This document shows, piece by piece, positions 61,429 to 64,000 of a stretch of DNA of 64,000 nucleotides (the first letter of the stretch is position 1; each line of letters begins with the position of its first letter). The position numbers were made by a program, and so were the translations under genes. The stretch is taken from positions 930,001 to 994,000 of the forward strand of contig NZ_BAABFP010000002.1 of assembly GCF_039541115.1 (NCBI RefSeq), read 5' to 3'. This DNA is from Angustibacter luteus (GTDB lineage Bacteria; Actinomycetota; Actinomycetes; Actinomycetales; Angustibacteraceae). Below the pieces are notes generated by a model. The model was not told where the DNA came from, did not search any database, and was given only the letters and a program-made list of their open reading frames with translations.

Positions 61429-62019
61429 TCAGACCTCCAGTCCCCGCAGGAAGGCGAGCGAGCGCTGCCAGAGCAGCTCGGTGGCGACGGCGTCGTACTC
61501 CTTCGGCAGCGACGGATCGGTGAACAGGTGGCCGTCGCCCGCGTACTCGAACACGTCGATCCGGCCGCTGGCCGCCTGGACCTGCGCGACCGTGCCGTCG
61601 ATCTCACCCTGCTCGCGGAACGGGTCGCCCACCGTCGAGTGCAGCTGGGCGGGCACCCCCGCCGGCCAGCGCACGTCGTCCCCCAACCACTCGACCAGGA
61701 AGGCGCCGGCGAAGAGCAGGACGCCGGCCACCGGCCGCCGGGTGGCGACCAGCACGGCCGAACCCCCGCCGGCGGAGAAGCCCGCCGTCACGAAGCCGTC
61801 AGGCAGGTCGGCGACGGCGGCCAGCCCGCGACGCATGACCTCGAAGGGGCCGAGCTCGTGCTCGGCGTACTGCATGGCCGGCTCGTACTCGTCGAAGACC
61901 CGACCCTCGTAGAGGTCGGGGACGAGCACCTCGTGGCCGTCGGCTCGCAGCCGCTCGGCGGCGTCCAGCACGCCCGGGCGCACACCGAGGACGGAGTGGA
62001 ACAGGGCGATCTGCGTCAT
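61429..62019 (-). CDS. Dienelactone hydrolase family protein
   Basis: LFHS..G, PDLY, GFSAGG nucleophile elbow, GHLF. Confidence 0.9.
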   Translation of the reverse strand: MTQIALFHSVLGVRPGVLDAAERLRADGHEVLVPDLYEGRVFDEYEPAMQYAEHELGPFEVMRRGLAAVADLPDGFVTAGFSAGGGSAVLVATRRPVAGVLLFAGAFLVEWLGDDVRWPAGVPAQLHSTVGDPFREQGEIDGTVAQVQAASGRIDVFEYAGDGHLFTDPSLPKEYDAVATELLWQRSLAFLRGLEV

Positions 62020-62053
62020 GCCCGACAGCAGACCACCCGGCACCGACAGTCGG

Positions 62054-62236
62054 TCAGCGGTGCTGGCCCGGAGCGAGCCGCGCCAGCGCCTCGGCGGCGG
62101 CCGCGTTGTGCCGGGCGATCGGCACGAGGACGCGCACGGCGTCCGAGGTCTGGCCGGTCTGGCGCACGGCCGCCGCGAAGGCGGTCGCGCCGATGAGGCC
62201 GGCGGTGAGCTCTGTGACGTAGATGCTGAGGTCCAT
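62054..62236 (-). CDS. Small hypothetical protein (60 aa)
   Basis: MDLSIYVTELTAGLIGATAF...; fills the gap between hydrolase and chelatase genes. Confidence 0.4.
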   Translation of the reverse strand: MDLSIYVTELTAGLIGATAFAAAVRQTGQTSDAVRVLVPIARHNAAAAEALARLAPGQHR

Positions 62237-62323
62237 GGCAGTTCCGTATCGTCGGGGTTCGCTACCTGCTGGATCGGCCACCCGCGCAGCAGCCTTGAGG
62301 ACTTCGCCCGTCACAATGGGCCC

Positions 62324-63037
62324 GTGAGCAACCCGGTGCTGGTCGCCTGCGCGCACGGCACGCGCGGCGCTGACGGCCGTCGCGCCGTCGGGACGCTCGT
62401 CGCCGCGGTGCAGGCGGCACGGCCCGGGACGGTCGTGCGGGCCGCCTTCGTCGACGTCCAGGAGCCCACGGTCGCCCACGTCGTCCACGAGGTCACCGAC
62501 GCGGGTTCGTCGGTCGTCGTCGTCCCGCTGCTGCTGTCCGCCGGCTACCACGTGGCGGTGGACATCGGGCGGGCCGTGCACGGCCGGGCGGCCACCGCGA
62601 CGCCCGCGCTGGGCCCGGACGACCGGTTGACCGCACTGCTGCACGACCGGCTGCTCGCCGCGGGCACCGGGGACGAGGACGCCCTCGTGCTGGCCGCCGC
62701 GGGGTCCAGCGACCCGGCAGCGGTGCGCGACGTCGAGCGGGTGGCCGCGGCGCTGGCCGCCCTGCACTCCGGTCCGGTCACGGTCGGGTACGCCGCCGCC
62801 GCCAAGCCGTCGGTGACCGAGGCTGTCGAGACGGCCCGGCGCGAGCACCCCGGACGTCGGGTCGTCGTGGCCGCCTACCTGCTCGCCCCCGGCCACTTCC
62901 ACCGCCGGCTCGGCGACGTCGGCGCGGACGTCCTCACCGCCGCGCTGCTGTCCGCCGCGGGCCCGCCGGACCCGCGGCTGGTCGAGATCGTCCTGGACCG
63001 CTATGACGCCGGCGTGCGCAGCCTGCTCAGAGACTGA
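62324..63037 (+). CDS. Sirohydrochlorin chelatase (CbiX/SirB family)
   Basis: AHGTR, AFVDVQEP, PLLLSAGYHV..DI, YLLAPGHF. Confidence 0.9.
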   Translation: MSNPVLVACAHGTRGADGRRAVGTLVAAVQAARPGTVVRAAFVDVQEPTVAHVVHEVTDAGSSVVVVPLLLSAGYHVAVDIGRAVHGRAATATPALGPDDRLTALLHDRLLAAGTGDEDALVLAAAGSSDPAAVRDVERVAAALAALHSGPVTVGYAAAAKPSVTEAVETARREHPGRRVVVAAYLLAPGHFHRRLGDVGADVLTAALLSAAGPPDPRLVEIVLDRYDAGVRSLLRD

Positions 63038-64000
63038 GCCCGACCAGCACCGGCTCGTTGACCAGCGTCACGGCAAACTCGTCCTGCACGCCGTCCCGCA
63101 CCACCCGGGCCAGCGCCACCAGCTCGGCCGCCGAGGCACCGCCACGGTTCGTCACCGCGAGCGTGTGCTTGGTCGAGAGCGCGACCCGTCCCGGCAACCC
63201 GAAGCCCTTGCCGAAGCCGGCCCGCTCGATCAGCCACGCGGCACTCGTCTTGGTGCCGGCGTCCTCCGGCCAGGCCGGCGGCTCGACGTCCGGCCCGAGG
63301 CGCTCGCGCACCCGCTCGCGCAGCCGCTCGAAGTCCGTCGCGGACAGGATCGGGTTGGTGAAGAACGACCCCGCGCTCCAGGTGTCGTGGTCCTCGGCGT
63401 CCAGCACCATGCCCCGGCGGCGGCGCTGCTCGAGCACGGCCTGCCGGGCGTCGGCGAGCGGGACCCGGCCACCCACCTCGACGCCGAGGCCCTGGGCCAG
63501 GTCGCGGTAGCCGATCGGTGCGGACAGGTCACCCAGCCGCAGCTGGAACAGCACGTCCAGCACCACGAAGCGGTCGGTGCCCTTGAACGCGCTGTGCCGG
63601 TAGGTGAACCGGCAGTCCGCGTTGGCCACGGTGACCACCTGCTGGCCGAACCGGTCCCACACCCGCACCTGGGCGATCGTCTGGGAGACCTCCTGGCCGT
63701 ACGCGCCGACGTTCTGCACCGGCGTGGCGCCGACCGAGCCGGGGATGCCGGACAGCGCCTCGATGCCCACCCAGCCCTCGTCGGCGGCGCGGGCCACCAG
63801 GTCGTCCCAGGGCTCCCCCGCGGCGACCCGCACGTTCACCCCGCCGCAGCCGTCGGCCGACTCCACCACGACCCCGGACGACGCGACCCGGACGACGGTG
63901 CCGGGCACCGGCTCGTCGCTGACCAGCAGGTTCGAGCCGCCGGCCAGCAGCAGCAGCGACTCGTCGGCGTCGTCGACCTCGCGGACGGCGTCCACCAGCT
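63027..64000 (-). CDS. murB: UDP-N-acetylmuramate dehydrogenase (5' end outside window)
   Basis: GGSNLL, LSGIPGSVGATPVQNVGAYG, SAGSFFTNP, STKHTL, NEP. Confidence 0.96.
   Translation of the reverse strand, partial: LVDAVREVDDADESLLLLAGGSNLLVSDEPVPGTVVRVASSGVVVESADGCGGVNVRVAAGEPWDDLVARAADEGWVGIEALSGIPGSVGATPVQNVGAYGQEVSQTIAQVRVWDRFGQQVVTVANADCRFTYRHSAFKGTDRFVVLDVLFQLRLGDLSAPIGYRDLAQGLGVEVGGRVPLADARQAVLEQRRRRGMVLDAEDHDTWSAGSFFTNPILSATDFERLRERVRERLGPDVEPPAWPEDAGTKTSAAWLIERAGFGKGFGLPGRVALSTKHTLAVTNRGGASAAELVALARVVRDGVQDEFAVTLVNEPVLVGLSL

Overview
High-GC actinobacterial chromosome segment (taxon inferred from GC content, gene order and protein sequences). Most of it is the core transcription/translation supercluster on the minus strand: tRNA-Trp, secE, nusG, rplKA, rplJL, rpoBC, rpsLG, fusA, tuf, the S10/spc/alpha ribosomal operons and truA. 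Accessory blocks interrupt it: (1) a complete mce lipid-transport operon (mkl, yrbEAB, mceA-F, two mas genes) between rplL and rpoB; (2) a GntR/YtrA ABC operon and an ABC-F gene at the left end; (3) aminotransferase, add, a kinase-like gene, cbiX and murB at the right end. The most notable region is a five-gene, translationally coupled operon inserted between map and infA (10528-14484, minus). It encodes a MauE-like membrane protein, a MauD-like membrane-anchored CxxC thioredoxin, a MauF/DsbD-like membrane protein, a hypothetical protein, and a Tat-exported protein with 26 Cys, methylamine-dehydrogenase-light-chain-like motifs and LGFP repeats. No mauB or mauG is present. The MauF-like gene appears to start at 13090, overlapping the upstream stop as ATGA, and to read through an in-frame UGA (13010-13012) in the context R-S-T-W-S-P-[UGA]-G, where a redox Cys would be expected. 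The UGA sits in and before stacked hairpins, one of them SECIS-like. This suggests a hidden selenoprotein (or other UGA recoding) that the ORF track misses. Family assignments come from recognising motifs by eye; no searches were run.
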